Of a stretch of 64,000 nucleotides of DNA, positions 24,543 through 35,470 are shown one piece after another. Where the stretch lies: assembly GCA_963758525.1 (NCBI GenBank), contig CAVWVQ010000001.1, positions 365,540-429,539 of the forward strand. The letters run 5' to 3'. The DNA is from an uncultured Phycisphaerales bacterium. Lineage in GTDB: Bacteria > Planctomycetota > Phycisphaerae > Tepidisphaerales > Tepidisphaeraceae. Under the pieces are notes generated by a model. It made no database searches. It was not told the DNA's origin and worked only from the letters and a program-made list of their open reading frames with translations. Position 1 is the first letter of the stretch; every line of letters begins with the position of its first letter. A program made the position numbers and the translations under genes.

Positions 24543-27276
24543 TTATAACATCCCGTACGCTTTGCGCAACACCCATTCGGCCGTAATCAGCAACATAAAC
24601 AGGAGCATCGTCAACGGTGCGCTCCACAGCGGCATGTCTGAGGGCATCAGCGTCGTGCGCGCGGCACTGGGAATCAGGCCGGGCAATATCGCCCGCGCCT
24701 TTGCAAACGCAACGCTTTGGCCAAGCGTTTCCGAAGCGAGTGATGAGAGCGAAATCGAATTCACGCGCGGGTCTGCCAACTCCAGACGCGGCTCGATGAC
24801 CTCGATGTTGGCGTCCAGATTCTGACCGGCGCTCGCGACAGCAGGCAGCCTGAACACGAATCGCCCGACACGATCGGCGGCAAATGAACCGAGATAATCT
24901 CCCTCACCAGGCTGTTTCTGCAGCTTCTCCATCTTCACCGGCTGATCCTTTTCGTCATTGACTTGGACGCTCAACTCCGAGGGAAGTTGCTGGCGCAAAT
25001 CGGGTCGAGCACTGCCAGGCGCAGCGCACCTGCTGGCCGAGTTCGTAGGTATCGCGATCGGCGGTGAAGGTCAGCCGTCGCTGGCCGAGCTTTTTGCCCC
25101 GCGCCAGCCAGCGAAGCTGCTGCACCCAATAGGTGTCGAAGACGGATTCGCCGGTATAAAAACGCCATCTCCAGGAATCGTCCACACCGGAAAACAGCGA
25201 GCGCCCTGCTCCGAAATGGCTCAACACCAGCAGCGGCGCTTTACGACCGTCGGGTCCGGTGTCGGTCGGATGCTCCGCGTACACGATTCCCACGCCCGGC
25301 TTGGGCGTCACGCCGCGCAAATACCAGAAGAGCGGCTGCAGGTCGGTCTTCAAAAACTTCGCGTTCTCGTCGCGATCCGGGAGGAAACGGAAGATGGAGG
25401 AGTCGGATCCTTCCTTGGTCAGCACCGGCCGGAATCCCTGATCGAACACGGCGGTCGGATCGTCGGGTAGCACGCGCGTGATGTTGACCGGGAGGATCGC
25501 TTCGATGGGCGTGTTGCGAAAGGCCGCCGGAGTGGTCTGCGGACCGGCGATCATGCCGAACCCGCCGCCGTGACGCGATACAAAATCGGAAACCAACTGC
25601 AGCTGATGATCGGTAAACTGGCGCGGCTCGACGTCGCCGAAAAGAATAACGTCGTAAGGCATCAGCTCTTCGATGCTCTCGGGAAATCGCGTGAGCGGCC
25701 CGGGGAATCCTTCGTGCGCTGGATCGCCCTCCTGGGCGAATCCCTGATCGGCGCTGGTGAGGAGGCAACTAATATCGACTGTCTTGTCGCGGATCATCTC
25801 GTTCTTGATGTAGCGATATTCCCAGCGCGGGTATCCCTCGACGTAGAGCACCGCGATCCTGGCATCGAGTACTGACAGTTGCGCAGAGCGGACGTTGTCG
25901 TCGTAGTCGATCTCGCCGGGCTGCTTGGCTGCCTCGACGGAGATCTCCAGCGGACCGACCTGATCGGGCTTGAAGAGCAACTCTTCTTCCTGCGGCCCGG
26001 CGTCCGGAAGTGTGACCGTCTTTTCCACCGGTCGTCCGTCCGCGCCGCGGAGCAACGCCCCGGTTTTGCGATTCCGCAGCGACAGGTGAACGTCGTGATT
26101 CGGGCCGTAGCCGGTGGCGCGCACGATCGCTTTCACGAGCACCAGGTCATCCTTAAACGCGCTGTCTTCAACGGCGATCGACTGGATTTCGATGTTGGTC
26201 GGCGCTTTTTCGGAGCCGATGGCAATCGGATAGATCCGAATCCCGTAGGTCTTGAGCGTCTTGGTCACCCCGGGAGGCGGAGGGGACGGCGTATCGCGAC
26301 CGTCGGTAAGGATGACCACGCCGGCGAGGCGCTGACCTTGCAACGAGTCGAGGACACCGAGCAGTGACGTGGCAACCTGCGTGCTTGCGCCCTGCGGCTT
26401 GAGCTCCTCGAGCGCGGCCATCAGCGAATTCTCGGCCGACGGGTCGGCTGCTTTGGCGGCTTGATCGTTGCGTCCTGGAAACGTCCCAAGCGGGCGTGCC
26501 CCGCGGTCGAAAGCGAAGCATCGCAGCGTGTGCGTCTTGGCGAGCTTGCGCATCAGCTCTTTATCGTTGCCTTTGAGCAGATCGATCGCCGCCGATAATC
26601 GCGACTGGCTTGCCGGGCCTTCTGCGGCGTCCTGCACTTTCATGCTCAGGCTGTCGTCGAGCAGCACCGCGACCACTGACGGCTCAACGAGAATCTTGAT
26701 GCGCGTCAGCACTGGATTATTGAGAATCAGGATCACCAGCGCGATCAGAGCGACCCGCAGGGTGCCGAGCGCGAGCCGCGCGAGCCGCGAGCGACCATCC
26801 TGACGATAGACGTAGATCACAATGAATATCGCGGCGATCGCCAGCGTGATGTTCCACGCGGCGGTTCCGCTCAGGAGCGAGAGGAGCAGCCCGAAGAGGG
26901 TCACTCGAGCGACGAGAAAAAGCGTGTCGTTGTCGCGATGTATCAACAGGAGCCAGGCGACCACTCCGGCGATGACGACCGACGCGCCAATCGTGTGGAT
27001 ATTGAGTGCCGTGAAGAGCATCGCTGCGGGCCATAGGAGCGATCCGCAGACGACCAGCGCGAGGACGGGGCGGGATGGCCGCTGCTTTTTACGGATCAGC
27101 ACGATCAGCAGCGCCACGACGATCAACGCCATCAGCCAGTTCAACGTGGATCCGGCGCCACCGACCAAAGGCCCCGGCCAATGCGGATCAAAACGCAGGT
27201 GCAGTTCCCCTTCGCCGGAGAGGAAGCCGCGATCGAGTCCGAGGAGGCGTTCGAGGATGTGAAGAAAAGCGTTCAC
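24543..27276 (-). CDS. Membrane vWA plus glutamine-amidotransferase-like (DUF1355-type) protein; apparent frameshift near 25020
   Basis: N-terminal TMs, MIDAS DDSLSM...T...LTDG, VEGYPRWEYRY, YDVILFGD, GGGFGMIAG, SWRWR, C-terminal EWVLRK. GTG start overlaps the upstream TGA. Confidence 0.85.
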
Positions 27277-29526
27277 GCGCCGGCCACCACCGTGCCGGTT
27301 TCTGAACGGCGATAGTGGCCGAAGCGCATGGCCAGAAAGCATTCAAACGCGACAAACCCCAGCAGAAGCGCCATGCACCACCACCCCAGATCGTTGCGCT
27401 CATTTGCGGCTGAAGCCTCGGAGGGAAGTTCGTCGCCATGCATCGTCATTTGAGGATCGCCGAGCGCCTTGCGGATAGCAGCGTCGTCCAGGGCGAAGAC
27501 GTCCGCTTCCTCTTCGGCCGGCACATTGACCGCGACGGGCACCTGCCGGTTTCCCAGCGACAACATGTAGACGCCAGGCTTGGCGATGGGTTCCGAATGA
27601 TAGGTGCGAGCACCACGTCGGGCGAAGCGGGATCGGGATCGACCATCGCCACTTGCTGCTGTGCAGCATCCAACAGCGCGGGCGCGCCGGCAAGCGAAAC
27701 GCCCGGCGGAATCACCAGCCGTTGACCGACCGTCAGATTCATCCAGTAATCTCCGGCGCGAACGCTGCCAGTCAGCAGCTCATGAATGAGCGGCACGTAC
27801 GCGAGTTTGGCGGGAAGATTCGTCCAGTCGGGATTGGCCGTCGTCGATACAAACACCACATGCCCCTGCCCCAGCGCCTGAGACGTGATGGCCGGATCCT
27901 CAGCGCTGCCGGGCGCAGCTCCGGCAGCGGGAAGATAGCTCAGAATCGTCTCGGTGTTCGAGCCGCGCCCGATATCGACCTGCCAGTAGCTGAACACCTG
28001 CGCCTGTCCAAACCGGATTCGGGCTGGCGGGCGAACTCGTTCAGGAACCGGCTGACCACGCCGTTGGGCTTGAAGTCGAACAGCGCACCGCGCTGATCGG
28101 TGCCGACGCTCACGAGCTTCAACAGCGGGCCCGGAAGCAGCTTGCGGGGCAACAGAACGCTATTGTAATTTTCCTTTTCAACCGCGTCCCCCATGAAGAG
28201 CATGAGCGTGCCGCCGCGCTCGACATAGTCGCGCAGCCGATCGGCTTCGGACGCGGTGATCTGACCGACCCCGGCGAGCAGGACGGCGCTGTAATCCGTC
28301 AGCACCTTATCGCCCAGCTCAAGGTCGCTGATCAGTTCCGGCGTGACGTAGCTGTCGGTGTTCCCTTTCTCATCCTTTGGCGGGGCCAGCGCGAGCTTGA
28401 GAAATGCGCCCGATCCTTCCAGCTCGGTCGCGCCGTGCTTCCCTTCGACGATCAGCGCCTTGAGTTCAGACGTGACGTCGATCACCCGCTCGAACTGATT
28501 ATCGACCTGGAGATGATCCTCGTCGAACAACCGCACTGAAAGCACGTGCGGGCCTCCTGTCGGAAACGATGCGTGCGATTGCGTGACCTCGGTCTTTGCC
28601 TCGAGATGAACCGGCTCCGGATCGCCCAGAACCCGATCGTCGAGCTTCCATTGCACGCTGGCGTCGCGCGCCAGGCCGAAGCAGCGAACGACGGCCTTGA
28701 AGTCGGAGGGGAACTTGTCGGTCACCAGATTGGACGCCGGGGCCAGTTCCGTGACCGCGGCGTTCCATTGAGCGCCGCCCTGCGCGAGGTTGTAGAGGGA
28801 AATGTGATAGAGGGCAGCCAGTTGGGGACCAAGCTCCTTGAGCGCCGACGCCTGTGCGCCCTGGAATGCGCCGCGAGCGCCATCGGTGAGAATGTAGAGA
28901 TTCCGGTTGGGCTGCTCGGGATGCTCGCGGGCCAGCTTGACCGCGGCGTCCAGCGCGCCGCTCAGGTCGGTGGCCCCGTAACTCTGCCCGATGCGATCCA
29001 CGGCTGACGCGGCAGATTGCAAATCGTAGCTCGGCGTCCCGAACAAGGATTTTGCGGGCCGGCCCGCGACGATGATCGCGACGGATGTGCCGCCGGAATC
29101 GTTGCGGCTGAGCAGCGCCTTGGCGATTGCCTTGGCGCGATCGAGATGCGTCTTTGCGCCGGCCTTGTCGATCTCGTAACCCATTGAATAGCTGTTGTCG
29201 ATCACAATCACGTCGAGCGCGGTCCGACGTCCCAGGCCCGCCAGCGCGCCGCTTTCGCAAGCCAACGGGCGAGCCAGCGCCAGGCCGAGAAGCAGCAAGA
29301 CCGCGCATCGCGTGGCCAGCAAAAGCCAGCGTTCAAAACGCAGCCGGCGGCGGTTCTTGCGCATCGCCCGCAGCAAGAATTCCATCGCCGCCCAGGAAAC
29401 AGTCTTGAAGCGACGCCGGTTGAGAATGTGAATGATGATCGGCACCGATGCCAGGAGCAGCCCCGCCACGGCGAAGCCAGGGCTGAGGAGGGCGAAGGCG
29501 ATCGGAGACGACGGACAGTGAGTCAT
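27273..29526 (-). CDS. BatA N-terminal plus vWA domain protein; apparent frameshifts near 28000 and 27600
   Basis: PIIIHILNRRR...WAAMEFL...LALARP (BatA), MIDAS IDNSYSM/LTDG, GQGHVVF...WTNLP, PGVY, C-terminal TM with FECFLAMRF. Confidence 0.85.
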
Positions 29527-29537
29527 CGCATTTTTCC

Positions 29538-29637
29538 GAAACCCGAACCAGGAAACCCAAAACAGAAACCCGAATTCCGAAACCCGAAATCAGAATCAAA
29601 GAATCAAATCCGAATGACGAATGACCGAATGTCGAAG
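29538..29637. repeat. Degenerate 7-mer tandem array (CCGAAAT/CGAATGA)
   Basis: AAACCCG/CCGAAAT/CGAATGA units; a reverse-complement-like copy at 37519-37561. Confidence 0.7.
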
Positions 29638-29780
29638 AACAACAACATGCATGTGCGCCAGTTCCCGCACGCATAGATATCGCTGCCCTTCGGGCAGCCG
29701 CTAAAAGGCGTTCAGAAGCTCGTCTCGCAAGGTAATATCGTTCATCTGCAGCTTCCCTTCGTGCCTCCGTGCCTTCCCCT

Positions 29781-30713
29781 TTACTTCATCGACGCCGCGC
29801 GGCTTGCGAGGAATCCGCTGAGCGAAACGTCCAGCGGTTCGCCGCTGTTCATGCGGGTGAAATCGATGCGCATTCCGCGGCACAATTTGCTCAGCTCGCC
29901 GGTGAAGAGCGCGAGCTGCTCGAGATATCCCTCGCGCAGCGCGCGGGGCTCGGTGAGCAATTCGCCTCCTTCTTCCAGGCCGCGGAAGAGGGTTGTTTCT
30001 TCGAACGGAAATTCGATTTCCAGCGGATCGAGAATCTGAAACGCCATGAGCTCGTGTTTTTTGTATCGCAGGTGCCGCAGGCCCTTCTTGATGCTTTCGA
30101 TGTCGTCGAAGAAGTCGCTGAGGAGGACGATCAGACTTCGGTGCGTGAGCTTTTCGGCAAGCTGATCGAGGATTCGGCCGGTATTGGTTTTCTTGAGCCG
30201 GGGAACCTTCTGCAGCTCGTGCGTGATGATCTTCCACTGGGCGGGCGTATTGCTGGGCTTGATGTAATGCTTCAAATCGTTGTCAAAAATCGCCAGCCCG
30301 ACCGAGTCCTGCTGCTGAATAGCCATGTACGAAAGCGACGCCGCCATCGCGGTGGCGTGATCGTATTTTGTCCAACTGTCATTGCCCTGGCCAACCGACC
30401 CGAATCCCATCGACTGGCTGGCATCGACGATGCAGAGCAAGTGGAGATTCGTCTCTTCCAGATATTGCTTAAGGTAGATCTTGTCGGTCTTGCCGAAGAC
30501 CTTCCAGTCGACGTGGCGGGTGTCATCGCCGGCCACGTACGGGCGGTGCTGCGCAAATTCGACGGAGATCCCCTGGTACGGCGAGCGATGCATGCCGGTC
30601 ATCAGGCCTTCGACGATCAGACGGGCGCGCAAGTCGAGCGAATGGATCCGCGCCAGCATGCGCGGATCGAGATACCTGCGGTAGTCGGTCGAGGTGTCGG
30701 GGATGATGGACAT
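29781..30713 (-). CDS. DUF58 domain protein (vWA-like MoxR partner)
   Basis: GMHRSPYQG.SVEFAQHRPYVAGDD.RHVDWK, EEETN-like segment, VDASQSM, LSDF. Confidence 0.95.
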   Translation of the reverse strand: MSIIPDTSTDYRRYLDPRMLARIHSLDLRARLIVEGLMTGMHRSPYQGISVEFAQHRPYVAGDDTRHVDWKVFGKTDKIYLKQYLEETNLHLLCIVDASQSMGFGSVGQGNDSWTKYDHATAMAASLSYMAIQQQDSVGLAIFDNDLKHYIKPSNTPAQWKIITHELQKVPRLKKTNTGRILDQLAEKLTHRSLIVLLSDFFDDIESIKKGLRHLRYKKHELMAFQILDPLEIEFPFEETTLFRGLEEGGELLTEPRALREGYLEQLALFTGELSKLCRGMRIDFTRMNSGEPLDVSLSGFLASRAASMK

Positions 30714-30740
30714 CGTTTCACCGTGCTGCTCAAGACCCAG

Positions 30741-31253
30741 CTACGCAGCGCCATGCACGGGTTTGCGCCGTCCGAGATGGCGTGACCCTCGATCGGGATG
30801 GTGGATCAAATGCGCCAATAATCGCCGCGCCATGCTGCGCTCCGCACTGCTCCCGGTTTGAGTCAGTTGCGCAACCGGGTTCAACAGCCGCGATGGGAAA
30901 GCCACGTCCTGCGCCGCACTTGCAGGTCCCCATAATACAAAAATGGATCTCGCCGCCTCTTCCCTCAGCGAGGCGGGCAACTGCATCAGGAAGGATCCGA
31001 AATTCTTGTGCTTGGCCTTCGCAGCCAGCCTGAAATAGATCAGAAGCACCGCTGCCAAGCCCGACAAGTCGCTCGTCCTGCCCAATGCGCTGGTTGGAAG
31101 GCCAGCAATCACCTGTTCAATTTCGATCAACACTGGCGCGCCCATGGCCTCGATCCTCTCAGCAGCGCGATTGAAGCCGACGCTGCCGTGATGGAGTGAG
31201 ATATCGCGGCCGCGTATCGCCCGAATGATCGGTTGTCTTGTTTCCATCGTCAC
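30741..31253 (-). CDS. Hypothetical protein between moxR and DUF58
   Basis: 170 aa ORF co-oriented with the operon; no recognisable motif. Confidence 0.55.
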   Translation of the reverse strand: MTMETRQPIIRAIRGRDISLHHGSVGFNRAAERIEAMGAPVLIEIEQVIAGLPTSALGRTSDLSGLAAVLLIYFRLAAKAKHKNFGSFLMQLPASLREEAARSIFVLWGPASAAQDVAFPSRLLNPVAQLTQTGSSAERSMARRLLAHLIHHPDRGSRHLGRRKPVHGAA

Positions 31254-31431
31254 GGTGTCCTCATCGCTTGCGCCGAAAGCCGTGCTGTTGCATCACTGTC
31301 ATGATTTGCGCCTCATTTGCGTCAATCTTTTGGTGGCCGATCTGCTCCTCCGTCCGACCGATCAGTCCCTGCTCTTTGTACTGGAGCTAGTGGCTCAGGC
31401 TCGAACTCGTCCTTACCGGTAACGCGCTTGC

Positions 31432-32521
31432 TCATGCCGCCGGCTGGTCTCGCAGCATCCGCGCGGTGGTCTTGTCCAGTTCGTCATACTGCTGTCGCGG
31501 AATGTAGTCGATCAGCTTCTTCACGATCGAATCGCTCTTGATCCCCTCGGCCTCGGCATTGAAATTGGTCACGATCCGGTGCCGGAGCACGGGAAGCGCA
31601 ACCTGGCGAATGTCCTCGGTGCTGACGTGATAGCGGCCTTTGAGCAGAGCCCGGGCTTTGCCGGCAAGAATCAGATATTGGCTGGCGCGGGCCGGCGCCC
31701 CAGCCGACATATTCATTGACGAAATCAGGGCAGTTTCCTTCGCCGCGGCGCGTCAGCCGGGAGAACTGCAGCGCATAGCGAATCACATGATCGGCGACGG
31801 GTACTTTGCGGACGATTTCCTGCAGCGCGATCACTTCATCGCCGCTCAGGACGTGCTTGAGGTCCACGTGCCGGCTCATGGTCGTCAGCCGGACGATCTG
31901 AAATTCTTCGTCCTCGCTGGGATATCCGACGTTGATGTTGAACATGAACCGGTCGAGCTGCGCCTCGGGCAGCGGATAGGTTCCCTCCTGCTCGATGGGA
32001 TTCTGCGTTGCCAGCACAAAAAACGGCTCGGGCAGCCGATGTTGCTTGCCGCCGGCGGTCACCTGATGCTCCTGCATTGCCTCCAGGAGCGCGGCCTGCG
32101 TCTTGGGGGGTGTCCGATTGATTTCGTCGGCGAGCACGACATTGGCGAAGACCGGCCCGCGGACAAACCGCAGCGTCCGGCTTCCCGTCGACTTGTCTTC
32201 CTCGATGACTTCAGTGCCGGTGATATCCGACGGCATTAAATCCGGGGTAAACTGGATGCGACTGAAGCTCAGGCCGAGGGTGCGCGAGAGCGTCGAAATC
32301 AGCAGTGTCTTTGCCAGCCCCGGCACGCCCATCAACAGGGCATGCCCGCGGCAAAACAGGGCGATCAGGAGCTCTTCAATCACCGCCTCCTGTCCGACGA
32401 TGACCTTGCCGAGCTCGGTCCGCATGTTCTGATATCCCTGCTGGAGCTTCTCGACCGAGGCTAGTTCGTCGGCAATGAGTTGTGTCTCTTGTGGCGCAAT
32501 CAGACCGGTGGTGGACTCCAT
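31432..32521 (-). CDS. MoxR family AAA+ ATPase; apparent frameshift near 31690
   Basis: [54 protein letters not shown] joins RASQ...PVLRHRI in the next frame. Confidence 0.96.
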
Positions 32522-32632
32522 GCAGGCTCCAGTTGTAAGCTCGAGAGATGCCGACGACGGCGGTTGGACGTCCGCACTTCATCCCAGAACTTGGCCCCGC
32601 TAGAGTATATCCGATTCGTTCGCAAAAGTTGC

Positions 32633-33482
32633 ATGCCCGAGCTGCCTGAAGTTCAAACCGTCGTCAATTCGCTGAGGCCGGCGCTGCTTGCGCCGGATCG
32701 TCGCGGTGGATCTGGCGCGTCGCGATATTGTCGAGCCGGCGGATGCCGATCTTTCCGCGTTGCTCACGGGCCGGGCGGTTGTCGATATTCATCGTCGCGG
32801 CAAACGCATCGTGTTCACGCTCGACAACCGGCACCGCTTTTATATCCACCTGGGAATGAGCGGGCGACTGAGCGTTGGAACAGATGTCAGCGAAATATTG
32901 CCGCACACGCACCTCCAGATCCGGTTTGACAACGAGGCGGTTCTGCGGTTCCGCGACGCCCGGCGCTTTGGCGGCATCTGGTGGCTTGGTGACGGCCCGG
33001 ACGACGATGGCACGATGGGGCCTGAGCCGTTAAACCTGCGCACCTCCGCGCTCGCGCCGCTCCTGGCGCGAACGAGCCGGGCGATCAAATCGGCCCTGCT
33101 CGATCAAACGCTCATTGCGGGACTCGGAAACATCTACGTGGACGAGTCGCTCTTCGCCGCCGGCATTCACCCGCTGACGCGCGCCGACCGGCTCAGCGCG
33201 CAGGCGTCGGCAAAGCTGGCGCGCGCCATCAAGGCGACGCTCCGCCGGGCGCTGAGTCACCGCGGGAGCACGCTGCGCGACTACCGCGACGCCAACGGGG
33301 AATCCGGCAACTTCCAAAAGCTTCACCGCGTATACGGCCGCGAGTTCAAACCGTGCTGGAAGTGCAAAACACCGATTACGCGCATCGTCATCGGCGGCCG
33401 CTCGACGCATTTCTGTCTGACATGTCAGCCGGCGGAAGAGGCACCAAGGCACCAAGGCACCAAGGCACGAAGGAAGAAGTGA
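32633..33482 (+). CDS. mutM: Formamidopyrimidine-DNA glycosylase; apparent frameshift near 32690
   Basis: MPELPEV N-terminus, RRGK, HLGMSG, DARRFG, GLGNIYVDE, CxxC...RSTHFCxxCQ zinc finger. Confidence 0.96.
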
Positions 33483-33646
33483 AAAGGAGAGAAGAGGACT
33501 AAAGGCTAAATTACCAAAAGAATGATTCAACAAATATCCCCTTCCTTCCCTCCGTGCCTTCGTGCCTCCGTGCCTTCGTGCCTTCGTGCCTCCGTGCCCC
33601 CTTCCGTTCGTGCCTTCGTGCCTCCTTTCCCTCGCGCCTCCGTGCC
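33440..33646. repeat. Inverted pair of GGCACNAA 8-mer arrays overlapping the mutM 3' end
   Basis: GGCACCAA x3 plus GGCACGAA (33440-33471), AT-rich spacer, then TCCGTGCC/TTCGTGCC tandem (33549-33646). Confidence 0.9.
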
Positions 33647-33808
33647 TGTGTCCCACCCTTCGCAACAATTTCTTTCAACACCGGTTTCGACTTGGTCCGA
33701 TAGAGATGGAGGCTCGAACGGTGTCGTTCGGGAACCAACTCGATTCTGCGGTCCGCCGTCGGTCCTACTGGAGCGGGAGCGCGGCCGTTGTCTGGCAAAG
33801 GAGTGCCC

Positions 33809-34186
33809 ATGAACCTGAAGCAACTGGCAAAATTAATGGCGGCGGGCGTGCTCGCGATGGCCGCCGTCCCGGCGATCAGCCTCGCGCGGACCCATCACCC
33901 CGTGCAGGCGATCGCGCCGTCCCTGTCGGCCACGACCGTCACCCCCCGGGTATCGAACGCGAAACACACACGCGTCGCGCTGAGCACATCAAAGAAACAC
34001 CGAAGCCTCTCTTCGCACAAGAAGACCGCAAAGGCGCTCAGCCATCGCTCAACCTCGCACGTAGCTTTGAGCGCTCGCTCTTCCCGGCACACCGCGCTGA
34101 GTCATCGGACGACGCGGCACATTGCCCTCAGCACCGCCGCCCGCAAGGCGACGAGCCTGAGCAGCACGAAGAAGAAGAGCATCTGA
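33809..34186 (+). CDS. Secreted basic His/Ser/Lys-rich repeat protein
   Basis: AAGGAG RBS, signal peptide, seven (A/S)LS repeats at ~10 aa period, downstream hairpin. Confidence 0.8.
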   Translation: MNLKQLAKLMAAGVLAMAAVPAISLARTHHPVQAIAPSLSATTVTPRVSNAKHTRVALSTSKKHRSLSSHKKTAKALSHRSTSHVALSARSSRHTALSHRTTRHIALSTAARKATSLSSTKKKSI

Positions 34187-34232
34187 GATCCATCCGTTGG
34201 AAGCGAAGAGCCGTCGCTTTGCAAAACTCGGG

Positions 34233-34271
34233 GCCGTGAAACGGGAGAGCTCCTCGCGTTTCACGGCTTCT
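34233..34271 (+). terminator. Hairpin, probable terminator
   Basis: GCCGTGAAACG...CGTTTCACGGC followed by TTCT; weak U-tract. Confidence 0.55.
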
Positions 34272-34472
34272 GCTGCGCCGAATCTGGCTGGAATTGCATC
34301 TCCAGACCACGACAAGCTGAAATCAAGTAGCGCGCCCGAGGGGCGTACTGAATAGGCGTCTGACGGAGGGGCGACCGACTCATCAGCATCAACCGAAAAA
34401 TTTGACGATTATGCTTGCGGCGCCGCACTCATTTTGGCACCATCAAAGCATCTACATGGGAGGTTGGCCATC

Positions 34473-34850
34473 ATGCTGAACCGACGCGCAGCAGTCTCGC
34501 TCATTTTGGCTTTGTCCTTGACCGCCGCGATCGCCCACCCCGCTTGGGCGAAGAAAGGCAAGGCCGGAAAGGACGGAGTTCGCGGGACGATTACGACGCT
34601 GGAAGCCAACGATTTCATCATGTCGCTGGGCGAAAAAGCCGCCACTTCCGATTCCAAGTCCAGCTCTGGCACCAAAGTGGACTGTGACGCAAACACGCAG
34701 TTTTTCCGCGGGTCCACCGCTGTTTCCGCGTCCGAGCTCAAGCAAGGTATGACCGTCGGGGTGATGGGAGCCTCAGTGGGCCCGTACGAGATTCGGGCTC
34801 TGCGAGTCAACATCATCTCTGACTCCGCGCCCAAAGCGAAGACTAAATAG
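34473..34850 (+). CDS. Small exported beta-rich protein (OB-fold/DUF5666-like)
   Basis: GGAGG RBS; NRR...AWA signal peptide; VRGTIT...DANTQF...SELKQGMTVGV pattern. Confidence 0.65.
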   Translation: MLNRRAAVSLILALSLTAAIAHPAWAKKGKAGKDGVRGTITTLEANDFIMSLGEKAATSDSKSSSGTKVDCDANTQFFRGSTAVSASELKQGMTVGVMGASVGPYEIRALRVNIISDSAPKAKTK

Positions 34851-35181
34851 CGACAGCGTCGAGTACTACGCCACTGCTTCCAGGCCAGCGTTGCGTCCGG
34901 CGAGGTCGCTCAGGTCGTCGCGCCCTGCCGGTGGCGCTCGATCGCTTGATCGCGTAGTAGAGAATGGCTCCGATCAGATGCAGGAAGATGATAATGAGCG
35001 CCCACAGGAGCTTCTCACTGGTGGGCATGCTGCTGGTGAGGCAATCGATCAGCATCCAGATCACAAAGATCGATCCGAGCAGCACAATCCCCCATATCAC
35101 GAGCATGAAGACCCCCAACCCCGCGGCCACGCCGGCCCCGGTGGCATCTGCAAGACACTGTTGAATCGCGGTCGCTGACAT
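34843..35181 (-). CDS. PLDc N-terminal-like small membrane protein (true stop possibly near 34909)
   Basis: AAGGAG RBS; IWMLIDC...EKLLWALIIIFLHLIGAILYY motif. Confidence 0.8.
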   Translation of the reverse strand: MSATAIQQCLADATGAGVAAGLGVFMLVIWGIVLLGSIFVIWMLIDCLTSSMPTSEKLLWALIIIFLHLIGAILYYAIKRSSATGRARRPERPRRTQRWPGSSGVVLDAVAI

Positions 35182-35470
35182 CGCATGCTCCTTTCGAAGT
35201 GAAATGACAAGCTGCGCATGGTGCAATTGCGATGCCGCCCCCGGACCCGTGGGAGCCGAGCTTGCCGCTTTCGGGCAAGTGGAGGAACAACACTTTTGCT
35301 CAGGACAGAGTGCAGGCTGGAAGCCCGCACCACAATTATTAGAATGCCGGCCAATTTCGGGGTTTTGAGCTGACGCGCGGGAAGGCACGGGCGTGGGATC
35401 GTGGCAGTTTGTCGCTCGAGGCGACAGCTATGGACTTGCAGCGAGTTGCTGCCAAACCCTCCACGTCGAT

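Noticed and set aside
29701..29745. Tiny ORF MNDITLRDELLNAF between repeat arrays
   Set aside because: Only 14 codons with no supporting feature; cannot be told from chance.
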